Of a stretch of 56,945 nucleotides of DNA, positions 1 to 11,146 are shown one piece after another; position 1 is the first letter of the stretch, and each line of letters starts with the position of its first letter. Below the pieces are notes generated by a model. The model was not told the origin of the DNA, made no database searches, and was given only the letters and a program-made list of their open reading frames with translations. The DNA is from Anaeramoeba ignava BMAN (Eukaryota > Protista > Anaeramoebae). The translations under genes and the position numbers were made by a program. Location of the stretch: assembly GCA_028826165.1 (NCBI GenBank), contig JAPDFW010000039.1, positions 1 through 56,945 on the forward strand, given 5' to 3'.

Positions 1-37
1 AATAAAAGAATTCTTTTTAAATAAAATAAAAATAAAT

Positions 38-213
38 AAAAATAACAATGGATATCTTGGTTCTCGTAATGATGATGAAGAACACAGCAAAATGTGATAA
101 ATAATATGAATTGCAATGTTTGTGAATAATTGAATTTTTGAACGCATATTGCACTTTTTATTTTTATATTTTTATTAATATTTTAATAAAAAGTATTTCT
201 AAATGAGTGTTAT
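38..213 (+). rRNA. 5.8S: 5.8S ribosomal RNA (AT-drifted)
   Basis: Matches the 5.8S core: ACAATGGATATCTTGGTTCTCG..GATGAAGAACACAGCAAAATGTGATAA..GAATTGCA..GTGAATAATTGAATTTTTGAACGCATATTGCAC. The 3' end AAATGAGTGTTA (201-212) can pair with the 28S 5' end TAACCTCATTT (292-302). Ends approximate. Confidence 0.95.
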
Positions 214-290
214 TTTATATTATATAAATTGAAAATTTATTTTTTAATTAAAATAGATTTTTTAAATTAATTTAAATTTAATTTTTATTT
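214..290 (+). other. ITS2, very short (~75 bp) and almost pure A/T
   Basis: Lies between the 5.8S 3' end and 28S 5' end motifs. Confidence 0.8.
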
Positions 291-2634
291 TTAACCTCAT
301 TTTAGATAAAATTACCTGCTAAATTTAAGCATATTAATAAGCAGAGGAAAAAGAAAATAACAATGATTATGTTAGTAACGGCGAGTGAAAACATAAAAGT
401 TCAAATTTTAAAACTAATTTTATTTATTTTAAAATTATTTTTTATTTAATAAAATTAATATAAATAAATTAGTATTGTAAACTAAAAAAGTAAATATTTA
501 AATTAATTATTATTAACCTATTATAAAATATTTGGAATAATATTTATAAAATCAAAGAGGGTGAAAATCCCGTATTTAAATAGGTTTTATTTATAAAATA
601 ATTTTCTAAATTAATAATAAATTTTTTAAATATTACTTATAAAGAGTCAGGGTGTTTGAGATTGCACTCTTAATAAAAACTAAAAAAATTAAATTTATTT
701 TTTTTTTTTAGAAACTGGTAATCATCAGTTAAAACTAAATATTAACGAGAAACCGATAGTGAACAAGTACAGTGATGGAAAGATGAAAAGAACTTTGAAA
801 AGAGAGTGAAATAGGACTTGAAATTGTTATTTTATGAATCCTTCTTTTTTTTTTTTAAATTAAAAAATAATTAAAAAATGAAATAAAAATTAAATAATGG
901 TAAATAAATTGGTTTTATTTTTTTATTTTTTTTTCTTTTGAAATTAAAATGATAAAAATATTATTGATTATTATTTAATATAATTATTAATTTAATTTTA
1001 TTTTTAAATTATTTAAAATTAAATAAAATAAAGAAAAATAAGGACCCGTCTTGAAACACGGACCAAGGAGTCTAATATTTTTGTAAGTATTATAATTTTA
1101 AATTTATAATGCATAATGAAAGTGAAAATTATCATTTTAAATCAATTTTCTTTTTATTAAGAAAAAGAAAGAAAAAGAACAGAAATATTAGGACCCGATA
1201 GATGGTGAACTATGGCTGCATAGAATGAAACCGGATGAAAATTCGGAGGAAGTTCGTAGCGGTACTGACGTGCAAATCGTTCGTCAAATGTGGCTATAGG
1301 GGCGAAAGACTAATCGAACCATTTAGTAGCTGGTTCCCTCCGAAATTTCTCTCAGGATAGCCAATGCTTAAAAAATATTTTAAATTATTATTAAAAAGTT
1401 ATGTCAAGTAGAGCTAATGATTAGAGGATTTGGAATCTTATTGATTTTAACCTATTCTCAAACTCCAAATTGGCAAATTTATATAAAAATAAATTAATTT
1501 TATTTTTATTAAAAAAAATTTAATAGCATTGAGTGGGCCATTACGGGTAATCTGTAATGGCAAAACGGGATGAACCGAGAGATATGATAAGGAGCCAAAA
1601 TATAAGTACAATGGATACCATAAAAGGAGATAATCGATGAAGACAGTGGGGCGGTGTTCCTGGTGATAGAAATCCGGTAAGGAGTTTGTAACAATTCACC
1701 CATCGAATTGATTATCCCTGAAAATGGATGGCGCTTTAACTTTTTAAAATAAAATAAATTTATCCTATTCATATCCAATTAAAAATAAATTTCATTTTAA
1801 TTGAGTAGGAGGGCGTATTGTTAATATAGAAGTTATAAGATTTTAAAATCAAATGAAATTAACAATAGTGCAGATCTTGGATGTAGTAGCAAATATTCAA
1901 GTTAAAATCTTGAAGGCCGAAGTGGAGAAGGGTTCCAGATGAACTGTGATTGAATCTGGGTTAGTCGTTTCTAAGAGTTTAGCTTAATTGCGATTATTTA
2001 CAGAATATTTATTTTTTTTATATAAATATAAAAACTCAAAAGAGAATCAGGTTAATATTCCTGAACCTTTTTTTTTTTAAATTTTAAATTTAAATATCGG
2101 TTTAAAATGGTAACATAAAATATTACTAAAAACATTATTAAATAATATGAGAAGAGATTTCTTTTCTTTTTAACAAACTTTTATTTATATTAATAAATAT
2201 ATTTAATTTTTATAAATTAATTATATAATTTTTACCATTGAAACAGATTAACTGGAGAAATGGAAAAAAGTTTGGAAGAATAATTCTTAAATAATAGAAT
2301 TTATCATAAATTATTTAATAATATTTAAAAAATTAGTAATATTCAAAATTCGGAAAAGAACGTACCAATAACCGCAACAGGTCTCCAAGGTTAAAAGCCT
2401 CTGGCTAAGTAGAATAAAGTAGGTAAGGGAAGTCGGCAAAATAGATCCGTAACTTCGGGAGAAGGATTGGCTCTGATTTTTTTTAAAATTATTAAAAAAT
2501 AAAACAGAACTGAAGCTAACAAGAGGAATCCGACTGTTTAATTAAAACATAGCATTATGAAAGTTTTGAAATAGAATTAGACATAATGTGAATTCTGCCC
2601 AGTGCTCTGAAAGTTAAAGTGAAGAAATTCAAAG

Positions 2635-2720
<86 letters not shown>

Positions 2721-3444
2721 GCAACGAGATTCCTACTGTCCCTATCTACCTTCTAGCGAACCAACAGCGAAGGGAACGGGCTTCGTACGAATGGCGGGGA
2801 AAGAAGACCCTTTAGAGCTTGACTCTAGTCTGATGAAGTAAAATGGTCTAAGAGGTATAGGATAGGCGGGAGTTTTTTATTTATTTATTTAAATGAAAAA
2901 CAAAAGTGAAATACCGCTACTCTTGGTATCATATTACTAATTTGTTTAAGTGGGTAAATAAATAAATTATTTTATCTTAATTTATTTATAATATTAATTT
3001 TAAATAAAAATAATAAAACCCAATCCAAAATTTTATATTTTTTTATTTTCAAATATTGAAATATAAAAACAACAAAAACAAGATCAGGTGGGGAGTTTGG
3101 CTGGGGCGGCACGACTGCTATAAAATAACGCAGACGTCCTAAGAGAAGCTCAAGAAGAACAGAAATCATGTTTAGAACATAAGGGTAAAAGCTTCTTTAA
3201 ATTAAATTTTCAGTAAGAATAAAAAGTGTGAAAGCATGGCCTAGCGATCCTTTAAAAATATTCAATGAAATCTATACAAATAAAATAGATAATGAAATTA
3301 GAGGTGTCAGAAAAGTTACCTGAGGGATAACTGGCTTGTGGCAGCCGAGCGTTCAAAGCGACGTTGCTTTTTGATTCTTCGATGTCGGCTCTTCCTATCC
3401 TATTCTTGTATAAGGGAATAAGGGTCGGATTGTTCACCCGTTAA

Positions 3445-3498
<54 letters not shown>

Positions 3499-3930
3499 CA
3501 TTTATTTAAATAAAATAAAAATAAAAGTATTTTGATAGTAATACAACATAGTACGAGAGGAACTGTTGTTTCAGATTAAAGGTAAAATGATTTGGATGAA
3601 TAAGCAATGATTAGAAGCTTATATCTGAAGGATTATGGCTGAAAGCCTCTAAGCCAGAAACCAAACTAAATTAATAAAATACTCATTTTAAAAATCAAAA
3701 CTTCATTTATTAAAAAAACATAATTTAAAATAAATTTTATATTAATAAAATTGAAAAATATTTATATATAAAAAAATGAAGAATAAAAATATTCAGTAAA
3801 CGACTTTAAAATAGAACAAGGGATTGTAAGTAGTAGAGTAAGATTTTTAAATAAATAATTTATTTTATATTTTATTTATTTAAAAATAAATACGATCTAT
3901 TGAGATTTAACCTTTTGTTCTTATATTTTT
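291..3930 (+). rRNA. 28S: 28S (LSU) ribosomal RNA with AT-rich expansion segments
   Basis: Conserved LSU cores occur in order: ACCTGCTAAATTTAAGCATAT (5' end), GACCCGTCTTGAAACACGGACCAAGGAG (~1043), GTAACTTCGGGAGAAGGATTGGCTCT (~2449), GGGAGTAACTATGACTCTCTTAAGGTAGCCAAATGCCTCGTC (~2652), GATGTCGGCTCTTCCTATC (~3381), sarcin-ricin loop AGTACGAGAGGAAC (~3550) and 3' TACGATCTATTGAGATT (~3891). Confidence 0.97.
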
Positions 3931-3970
3931 TTTAAAAATAATAAAAAATATTATTTAAGGGGGAAACATC

Positions 3971-3981
3971 TTATTTTTATT

Positions 3982-4015
<34 letters not shown>

Positions 4016-4160
4016 ATTATTTTTTATTTTTATTTTTATTTTTATTTTTATTTTTATTTTTATTTTTATTTTTATTTTTATTTTTATTTTTATTTTTATT
4101 TTTATTTTTATTTTTATTTTTATTTTTATTTTTATTTTTATTTTTATTTTTATTTTTATT
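3971..4160. repeat. (TTTTTA)n microsatellite directly downstream of 28S
   Basis: About 30 near-perfect hexamers. Confidence 0.95.
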
Positions 4161-4165
4161 AATTA

Positions 4166-4863
4166 ATTGTAAGTGAGGATAAAATTTATGATTAATGATG
4201 TAAAAATGATGTAAAATTAATATTAATTTTATTCCAAAAAAATATTATAAATTCAAAAATTTGTTATAAATTTAGAATAAAATAATACAAAATTAAATCA
4301 ATACAAAAAAATTAATATTAAATTTATATTAAATTTATTTTTGTTTAAAAAATTCAAACTCCAAAATATAAAAAATACAAACCAAAATATTCCCAAATAA
4401 AACTCTTCTTCTTTTTATTTATTTTAAATCAATTTAATATCTAAATCTGTAATTACTTTATTAATTAATTTACTTTTAAATTTATTTATTTTCAAATTCT
4501 GAATTAATTTATTTAATTTATTCTATTTATTTCTATTAGATAAAATCTTTATTTTATTTTATTTTATTCATCTCCAATTCCCTAAAATAAAAATAAAAAT
4601 AAAAAATCAATAATTTCAAAAATCTAAATTTATATTTATTTATAATTATAATTTATTAAAGGTAATTAATTAAATTTCTTTTTCACTTCATTTAGATTCA
4701 ATTTATCTGATTATTATTTATTATTTATTTATTTATTATTTTAAATTATTTTTATTTTTATTAATAAATTTTGATTTGGAAAATATCAATCAATTAATCA
4801 ATAATCAATCAATAATTTATTTCTAATTCATTTCATTTTTTTCATTTCCAAAATTTAAATTTA
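4166..4863. repeat. Dispersed ~700-bp module (TTGTAAGTGAGGATAAAAT start plus 'head' module), copy 1
   Basis: Near-identical to 6385-7095. The head part recurs at ~6140-6374, ~15450-15730, ~16415-16860, ~20550-21085 and 25128-25186. Confidence 0.85.
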
Positions 4864-6135
4864 AATCAATTTATTTATATATATAATAAACAAATTTATA
4901 ATAAAATAATTAATTAATTTAATTTCCAATTTATTTATAATTTATATTCAAAAAATAAAAAAATCAATTTCTCTCTATATATAAAATATATAAATTTGAT
5001 TTTTTAATTTATTTATAATTTAAATTTAAAATAAAAAAATCAATTTATTTATATATATTATAAACAAATTTATAACAAAATAATTTATTAATTTAATTTT
5101 CAATTTATTTATAATTTATATTCAAAAAATAAAAAATCAATTTCTCTCTATATATAAAATATATAAATTTATTTTTAATTTATTTATAATTTAAATTAAA
5201 AATAAAAATCAATTTATTTATATATATAATAAACAAATTTATAATAAAATAATTAATCAATTTAATTTCCAATTTATTTATAATTTATATTCAAAAAATA
5301 AAAAATCAATTTCTCTCTATATATAAAATATATAAATTTAATTTTTAATTTATTTCAATTAAAATTAAAAATAAAAAAAATCAATTTATTTATATATATT
5401 ATAAACAAATTTATAACAAAATAATTAATTAATTTAATTTCCAATTTATTTATAATTTATATTCAAAAAATAAAAAAATCAATTTCTCTCTATATATAAA
5501 ATATATAAATTTGATTTTTTAATTTATTTATAATTTAAATTTAAAAATAAAAAAATCAATTTATTTATATATATTATAAACAAATTTATAACAAAATAAT
5601 TTATTAATTTAATTTTCAATTTATTTATAATTTTAATTCAAAAAATAAAAAAATCAATTTCTCTCTATATATAAAATATATAAATTTAATTTTCAATTTA
5701 TTTTTAATTTAAATTCAAAAATAAAAAAATAAATTTATTTATATATATTATAAACAAATTTATAACAAAATAATTAATTAATTTAATTTTCAATTTATTT
5801 ATAATTTATATTCAAAAAATAAAAAAATCAATTTCTCTCTATATATAAAATATATAAATTTAATTTTCAATTTATTTATAATTTAAATTAAAAATAAAAA
5901 AATATCAATTTATTTATATATATTATAAACAAATTTATAATAAAATAATTTATTAATTTAATTTTCAATTTATTTATAATTTATATTCAAAAAATAAAAA
6001 ATCAATTTCTCTCTATATATAAAATATATAAATTTAATTTTTAATTTATTTATAATTTAAAATTAAAAATAAAAAAAAATCAATTTATTTATATATATTG
6101 TAAACAAATTTATAACAAAATAATTTATAAATTTA
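4864..6135. repeat. ~171-bp tandem satellite, array 1
   Basis: The CTCTCT landmark recurs at 4971, 5144, 5313, 5486 (169-173 bp period). Each unit is a dimer of related subunits starting AATCAATTTATTTATATATA and AATCAATTTCTCTCTATATA. Confidence 0.95.
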
Positions 6136-6374
6136 AATTTAAATTCAAAAATAAAAATCAATAATTTCAAAAATCTAAATTTATACTTATTTATATCATT
6201 ATTTATATTTATAATTTATCAAAGGTAATTAATTAATTAATTAAATTTCTTTTTCACTTCATTTATATTCAATTTATCTGATTATTATCTATTATTTATT
6301 TATTTATTATTTTAAATTATTTTATTTTTATTAAATAAATTTTGATTTTGAAAATATCAATCAATTAATTAATA

Positions 6375-7095
6375 CAGACATTTTATTGTAAGTGAGGATA
6401 AAATTTATGATTAATGATGTAAAAATGATGTAAAATTAATATTAATTTTATTCCAAAAAAATATTAAAAATTCAAAAATTTATTACAAATTTGGAATAAA
6501 TTAATACAAAATTAAATCAATACAAAAAAATTAATATTAAATTTATATTAAATTTATTTTTGTTTAAAAAATTCAAACTCCAAAATATAAAAAATACAAA
6601 CCAAAATATTCCCAAATAAAACTCTTCTTCTTTTTATTTATTTTAAATCAATTTAATATCTAAATCTGTAATTACTTTATTAATTAATTTACTTTTAAAT
6701 TTATTTATTTTCAAATTCTGAATTAATTTATTTAATTTATTCTATTTATTTATATTAGATAAAATCTTTATTTTATTTTATTTTATTTTATTCATCTCCA
6801 ATTCCCTAAAATAAAAATAAAAATAAAAAATCAATAATTTCAAAAATCTAAATTTATATTTATTTATATTTATAATTTATCAAAGGTAATTAATTAAATT
6901 TCTTTTTCACTTCATTTAGATTCAATTTATCTGATTATTATTTATTATTTATTTATTTATTATTTTAAATTTATTTATTTTTATTAATAAATTTTGATTT
7001 TGGAAAATATCAATCAATTAATCAATAATCAATCAATAATTTATTTCTAATTCATTTCATTTTTTTTTCATTTCCAAAATTTAAATCAAAATTTA
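6375..7095. repeat. Dispersed ~700-bp module, copy 2, with intact CAGACATTTTA start
   Basis: Near-identical to 4166-4863, preceded by TA and 10 extra terminal bases. Confidence 0.85.
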
Positions 7096-7971
7096 AATTC
7101 ATTTATTTATATATATTATAAACAAATTTATAACAAAATAATTAATTAATTTAAATTCCAATTTATTTATAATTTATATTCAAAAAATAAAAAATCAATT
7201 TCTCTCTATATATAAAATATATAAATTTAATTTTCAATTTATTTATAATTTAAATTAAAAATAAAAAAATCAATTTATTTATATATATTATAAACAAATT
7301 TATAATAAAATAATTAATAAATTTAATTTCCAATTTATTTATAATTTATATTCAAAAAATAAAAAATCAATTTCTCTCTATATATAAAATATATAAATTT
7401 AATTTTCAATTTATTTATAATTCAAATTAAAAATAAAAAAAATCAATTTATTTATATATATTATAAACAAATTTATAACAAAATAATTAATTAATTTAAT
7501 TTTCAATTTATTTATAATTTATATTCAAAAATAAAAATCAATTTCTCTCTATATATAAAATATATAAATTTAATTTTCAATTTAATTATAATTTAAATTA
7601 AAAATAAAAAATCAATTTATTTATATATTATAAACAAATTTATAATAAAATAATTTATTAATTTAATTTTCAATTTATTTATAATTTATATTCAAAAAAT
7701 AAAAAATCAATTTCTCTCTATATATAAAATATATAAATTTATTTTTCAATTTATTTATAATTTAAATTAAAAATAAAAAAATCAATTTATTTATATATAT
7801 TATAAACAAATTTATAACAAAATAATTAATTAATTTAATTTTCAATTTATTTATAATTTATATTCAAAAAATAAAAAATCAATTTCTCTCTATATATAAA
7901 ATATATAAATTTAATTTTCAATTTATTTCAATTTAAATTAAAAAATAAAAAAATCAATTTCTCTCTATATA
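7096..7971. repeat. ~171-bp tandem satellite, array 2 (left of TE1)
   Basis: Same unit as 4864-6135. Confidence 0.95.
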
Positions 7972-7999
7972 CAGTCTTCCCAAACGATTAGAGATTTTA
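7972..7999 (+). repeat. TE1 terminal inverted repeat (28 bp)
   Basis: Exact reverse complement of 11147-11174. Confidence 0.97.
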
Positions 8000-8520
8000 A
8001 CAATAAGAGATTTTTTTTTTATTTTTCCCAATCAATAAAAGAAGTAAACTATTTTCAACACAAAAAAAAATTTCCCTATTCCTTTTTTTATTGAGATTTT
8101 TTCATGTTTCCAAAAAGTTGTTTCCAAATAAAAATGAAACTCTGGAAATGAATAATTATTCCTCAAGTTGACTCTCTCGAACAAAAAGAGATTTTGGGTT
8201 ATTTTCAAGGAATAAAAATCCAAGAATAAAATCAGAAAAAGAAAAAGTTAGTTCCTGGATTTCAAGAGTTTGAATATGCGTGCTTATTGAATCAAATCCA
8301 TATTTATTCGAGAAATTTTGAGAATATGAGAATTCAAACATTTAGAGAATTTGATCATTCTTCATCATATTTAGTAATGTGGATTGAGAAACATACAGCT
8401 TTTCTCATTTACACAGATCAAATGTTATCTTAGAAAGAAGAAACGAGTGAATAAAAAAAAATGAAAGAATGATGATAGCTTCTTGTTTTATTTCAAAATT
8501 GGGAATTTCTTCTTGAAAAA

Positions 8521-8620
8521 AATGAAAAAAAATTTGAATTAAGTTTGAATGAATGAAAAAAATTTTGAATTAAGTTTGAATGAATGAAAAAAAATTTGAA
8601 TTAAGTTTGAATGAATGAAA
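8521..8620. repeat. ~31-bp direct repeat x3 in the TE1 3' region
   Basis: AATGAAAAAAAATTTGAATTAAGTTTGAATG three times in tandem, just past the transposase stop. Confidence 0.9.
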
Positions 8621-8637
8621 AAAAAGAATTTGGAAGC

Positions 8638-10929
8638 TTATTGGTCTTTAAAATTAGACCAAGCAAAATATCTTTTGGAAACCATTTTCAAAGTATTTAA
8701 TAAATTGTCTTTTTTTTCTTTCTTTTTTTCTAATTTAGAATTCAAAGGATTCGAGCGACATTTCTTTCCTATTTTTCGTATTCTCTTTACTAACTGGCGA
8801 ATTTCAGCATGCTCCTTTTGGATTTTGGCAGGTTTTGCTTTTAGGTCATCTTTCTGGAACAGATCAAAAATGATATTTCTAAAAATTTCTCCATCTTTGG
8901 GATTCAGAATTTCTCTTATCTCTTTAACAGATTTCTTTTCGAAAATTCTTAATTGAATATACTTTGAAACAAATACCCCACAATCCACCCAATTATCTTG
9001 AATCGAATTTTCAAATTCGACTTCGAGAAAATCAAATTTCCATTTTTCTGCTATAGATTTCCCAAGTTCTGTGAGATGAGAATATCCGTTTAGAGAACTA
9101 AAGAATTCAATGACTTGTGCCTCTTTATTGATCAAAAAAAGAACCCAATGCCTCTCTTCAACCATTGGAGCTATTATCCATGTTCCATCAAAGTCTTCAT
9201 CAAATTTTTCTAATTGATTTGCAATATCTTCCTTATCACCACTTTCTAAAACAATGACATCTTGCCTTTTGAAAAGAACTTTACTCAGTAGACAATATCT
9301 CGTGATATCTGAATCGCTCAGCCAAGAATCTTCTGAGTTTGAGGCAGCTATTCTTTTTCTCCAACTGAATACATGATCCGGTGGTGTGTTTTTAGTATTT
9401 TCTTTTACTTTCTGGATTGCATCATCTATACTTTTTTTAGAATACCATTGTTGAGTTTTGATATCAGTTTTTTTTTTGCTATTGGATTTGGAACTGGATC
9501 TTGTTTTTCTCCTACTTGTTTTTTCTTCATTTTTCTCGCTTTTACCTTTTATTGGGGATTTAGTCTTCCGATTTTTTGTACAGTTCTTTTTCTCGATATT
9601 TTCCTTTTTTCTTTTCTTTTCACTTGATGTTGGAGAAATTGTAACTCTATTATTCAGGAACAAAACTTGTTTTTCAAATAAATCAAGCGCTGATTGATCA
9701 AATTTTCTTAGATTATCTCGGATAACACCAGTATGTCGAAAAGACTTCCAGATCAAATCTGTAAGATCATCATTCCAACTCTTAATGGCCGAATCTATTA
9801 CGTCATCTCTGGCTAATTTTCCTTTTTGATCTATGATAGGTAGAATTTGAGAGTTATATCCTTTTTTGAATGTGGAGAATACCAATTTATCCAAAGGCTG
9901 GAGAATTCCCGTCATCTTTCCTGGTACATATACTAACGTAATTGAATTATCTATACATATATTGACAAAATTTTCCTTGCGATGAGCTAAAAATTGATCT
10001 AGCACGAGAACTACTTTTGACAATTCACTTCTTTTTTGAGAGAGTGAAATCTGTGTTATATGAGGTATAAAAACTTCTTTCAGCCAATCGATCATGGTTT
10101 GGGTATTAGACCAACCAGATCCTGAGGATAAAAATCTACCTTCAGGAAATTTTTTTTGAAGTTGGGGTATTAAAATTTTTCCAGAAGTTGCCTTGACAAT
10201 GAATGTGGGCGGAAGTCGAGTTCCATCAGCACCAATACATGCTGCCATAGTTAGATTTTGTTTTGTACTCTGCATGATCATTCCTGAGTGAGGATCATCA
10301 GATTTTCCAACTGATTTAATGGATGAAACGAACTTTAAGTTAGTTTCATCCATATTAAAAACGCGAGAATGATCAATCATTAGGATCTCTTCTTGAAATC
10401 TACATTTTCGTGCTTCTTCGCATTCCAAAAAAAATCTTTTCGCAAGTATTGAAGGAGATTCAGCAGAGTCTGGCCATTTATGCATCAGTTTGGATTTTCG
10501 GAATCGAAATCCATGCTTAGATATAAAGTAATATGGCCAGTTCTTGGATACTCTTTTTTGATTTTTGGGAATCATTGAATCAGCAAGTTGTCGAATATAG
10601 GCAGCTGTCACTAAAGATCCTTCACTAATTTTTTGATTCAAAATTTTCACTAAATGCTCTTCTTGGTCTTCATTCAAACGACAGCACCTGCGGCGGTTTG
10701 CTTCCGCTCGTTTTGAATTAGATGTTTCTCCTCTCGGATTCTCATGAATGGAATCATGGAGTCTTCCCATAAAGGTTTTGTAGTTGACTCCCAAAGCTTT
10801 GGCCAGGTGCTTTTTTTCTCCAAATTTGCACGCTTTACCTTGTTCATAAATGGTCTCCCAGTCAATTTTTTGTTGGAAAGTTTGTCTTTTTTGTGGTAAT
10901 TTTGAACAAGAAAAAGTTTTTTTGTTCAT
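8638..10929 (-). CDS. pogo/Tigger/CENP-B-like DD35D transposase fused to a C-terminal Ulp1/SENP-like (peptidase C48) domain, 763 aa
   Basis: N-terminal HTH (HLAKALGVNYKTFMGRL) and CENP-B/Tc5-type HTH (LNEDQEEHLVKIL..SKNWPYYFISKH). DDE_1 motifs FNMDET, LVLDQFLAH and LQPLD have 35 residues between the 2nd and 3rd Asp. A K/S-rich linker leads to WLSDSDI..HWVLFLI..IEFFSSL..QDNWVDCGVFV. The first ATG is at 10929; the track's 11049 start is a TTG in T-rich leader. Confidence 0.93.
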   Translation of the reverse strand: MNKKTFSCSKLPQKRQTFQQKIDWETIYEQGKACKFGEKKHLAKALGVNYKTFMGRLHDSIHENPRGETSNSKRAEANRRRCCRLNEDQEEHLVKILNQKISEGSLVTAAYIRQLADSMIPKNQKRVSKNWPYYFISKHGFRFRKSKLMHKWPDSAESPSILAKRFFLECEEARKCRFQEEILMIDHSRVFNMDETNLKFVSSIKSVGKSDDPHSGMIMQSTKQNLTMAACIGADGTRLPPTFIVKATSGKILIPQLQKKFPEGRFLSSGSGWSNTQTMIDWLKEVFIPHITQISLSQKRSELSKVVLVLDQFLAHRKENFVNICIDNSITLVYVPGKMTGILQPLDKLVFSTFKKGYNSQILPIIDQKGKLARDDVIDSAIKSWNDDLTDLIWKSFRHTGVIRDNLRKFDQSALDLFEKQVLFLNNRVTISPTSSEKKRKKENIEKKNCTKNRKTKSPIKGKSEKNEEKTSRRKTRSSSKSNSKKKTDIKTQQWYSKKSIDDAIQKVKENTKNTPPDHVFSWRKRIAASNSEDSWLSDSDITRYCLLSKVLFKRQDVIVLESGDKEDIANQLEKFDEDFDGTWIIAPMVEERHWVLFLINKEAQVIEFFSSLNGYSHLTELGKSIAEKWKFDFLEVEFENSIQDNWVDCGVFVSKYIQLRIFEKKSVKEIREILNPKDGEIFRNIIFDLFQKDDLKAKPAKIQKEHAEIRQLVKRIRKIGKKCRSNPLNSKLEKKKEKKDNLLNTLKMVSKRYFAWSNFKDQ

Positions 10930-11146
10930 TTTTGAAAGAACTTTAAGAAAAAAAAAATAAAAATCTCTAATCGATAAAATTTTTTTTGTCAGGCATTTTT
11001 TCACCTTTTGCCAAATACAAAGAATAAAAAAAGAAAAAAAAAGATTCAAAAATCAAAATAAAATCAAAAGTCAAAATTAAAACCAAATCATAGAATTTTT
11101 ATCTTTATTTTAATTGAAAAACTTGATCAAAAAAAAGTTTTTTTCG

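Noticed and set aside
2660-2700. R2 retrotransposon or group I intron insertion in 28S
   Set aside because: The TTAAGGTAGCCAAATGCC target is uninterrupted and no intron-sized insert is visible between conserved cores.
1509-3437. Three minus-strand ORFs (1509-1778, 2972-3169, 3252-3437)
   Set aside because: They are antisense to conserved 28S rRNA, a well-known source of spurious ORFs.
8615-10865. Short ORFs overlapping the TE1 transposase (8615-8956, 9373-9627, 9458-9697, 10674-10865)
   Set aside because: Antisense or off-frame shadows of a Lys-rich CDS, with no recognisable motifs.
10930-11049. 40-aa N-terminal extension in the ORF track
   Set aside because: It starts at TTG in a T-rich leader containing a TIR-like motif; the first ATG is at 10929.
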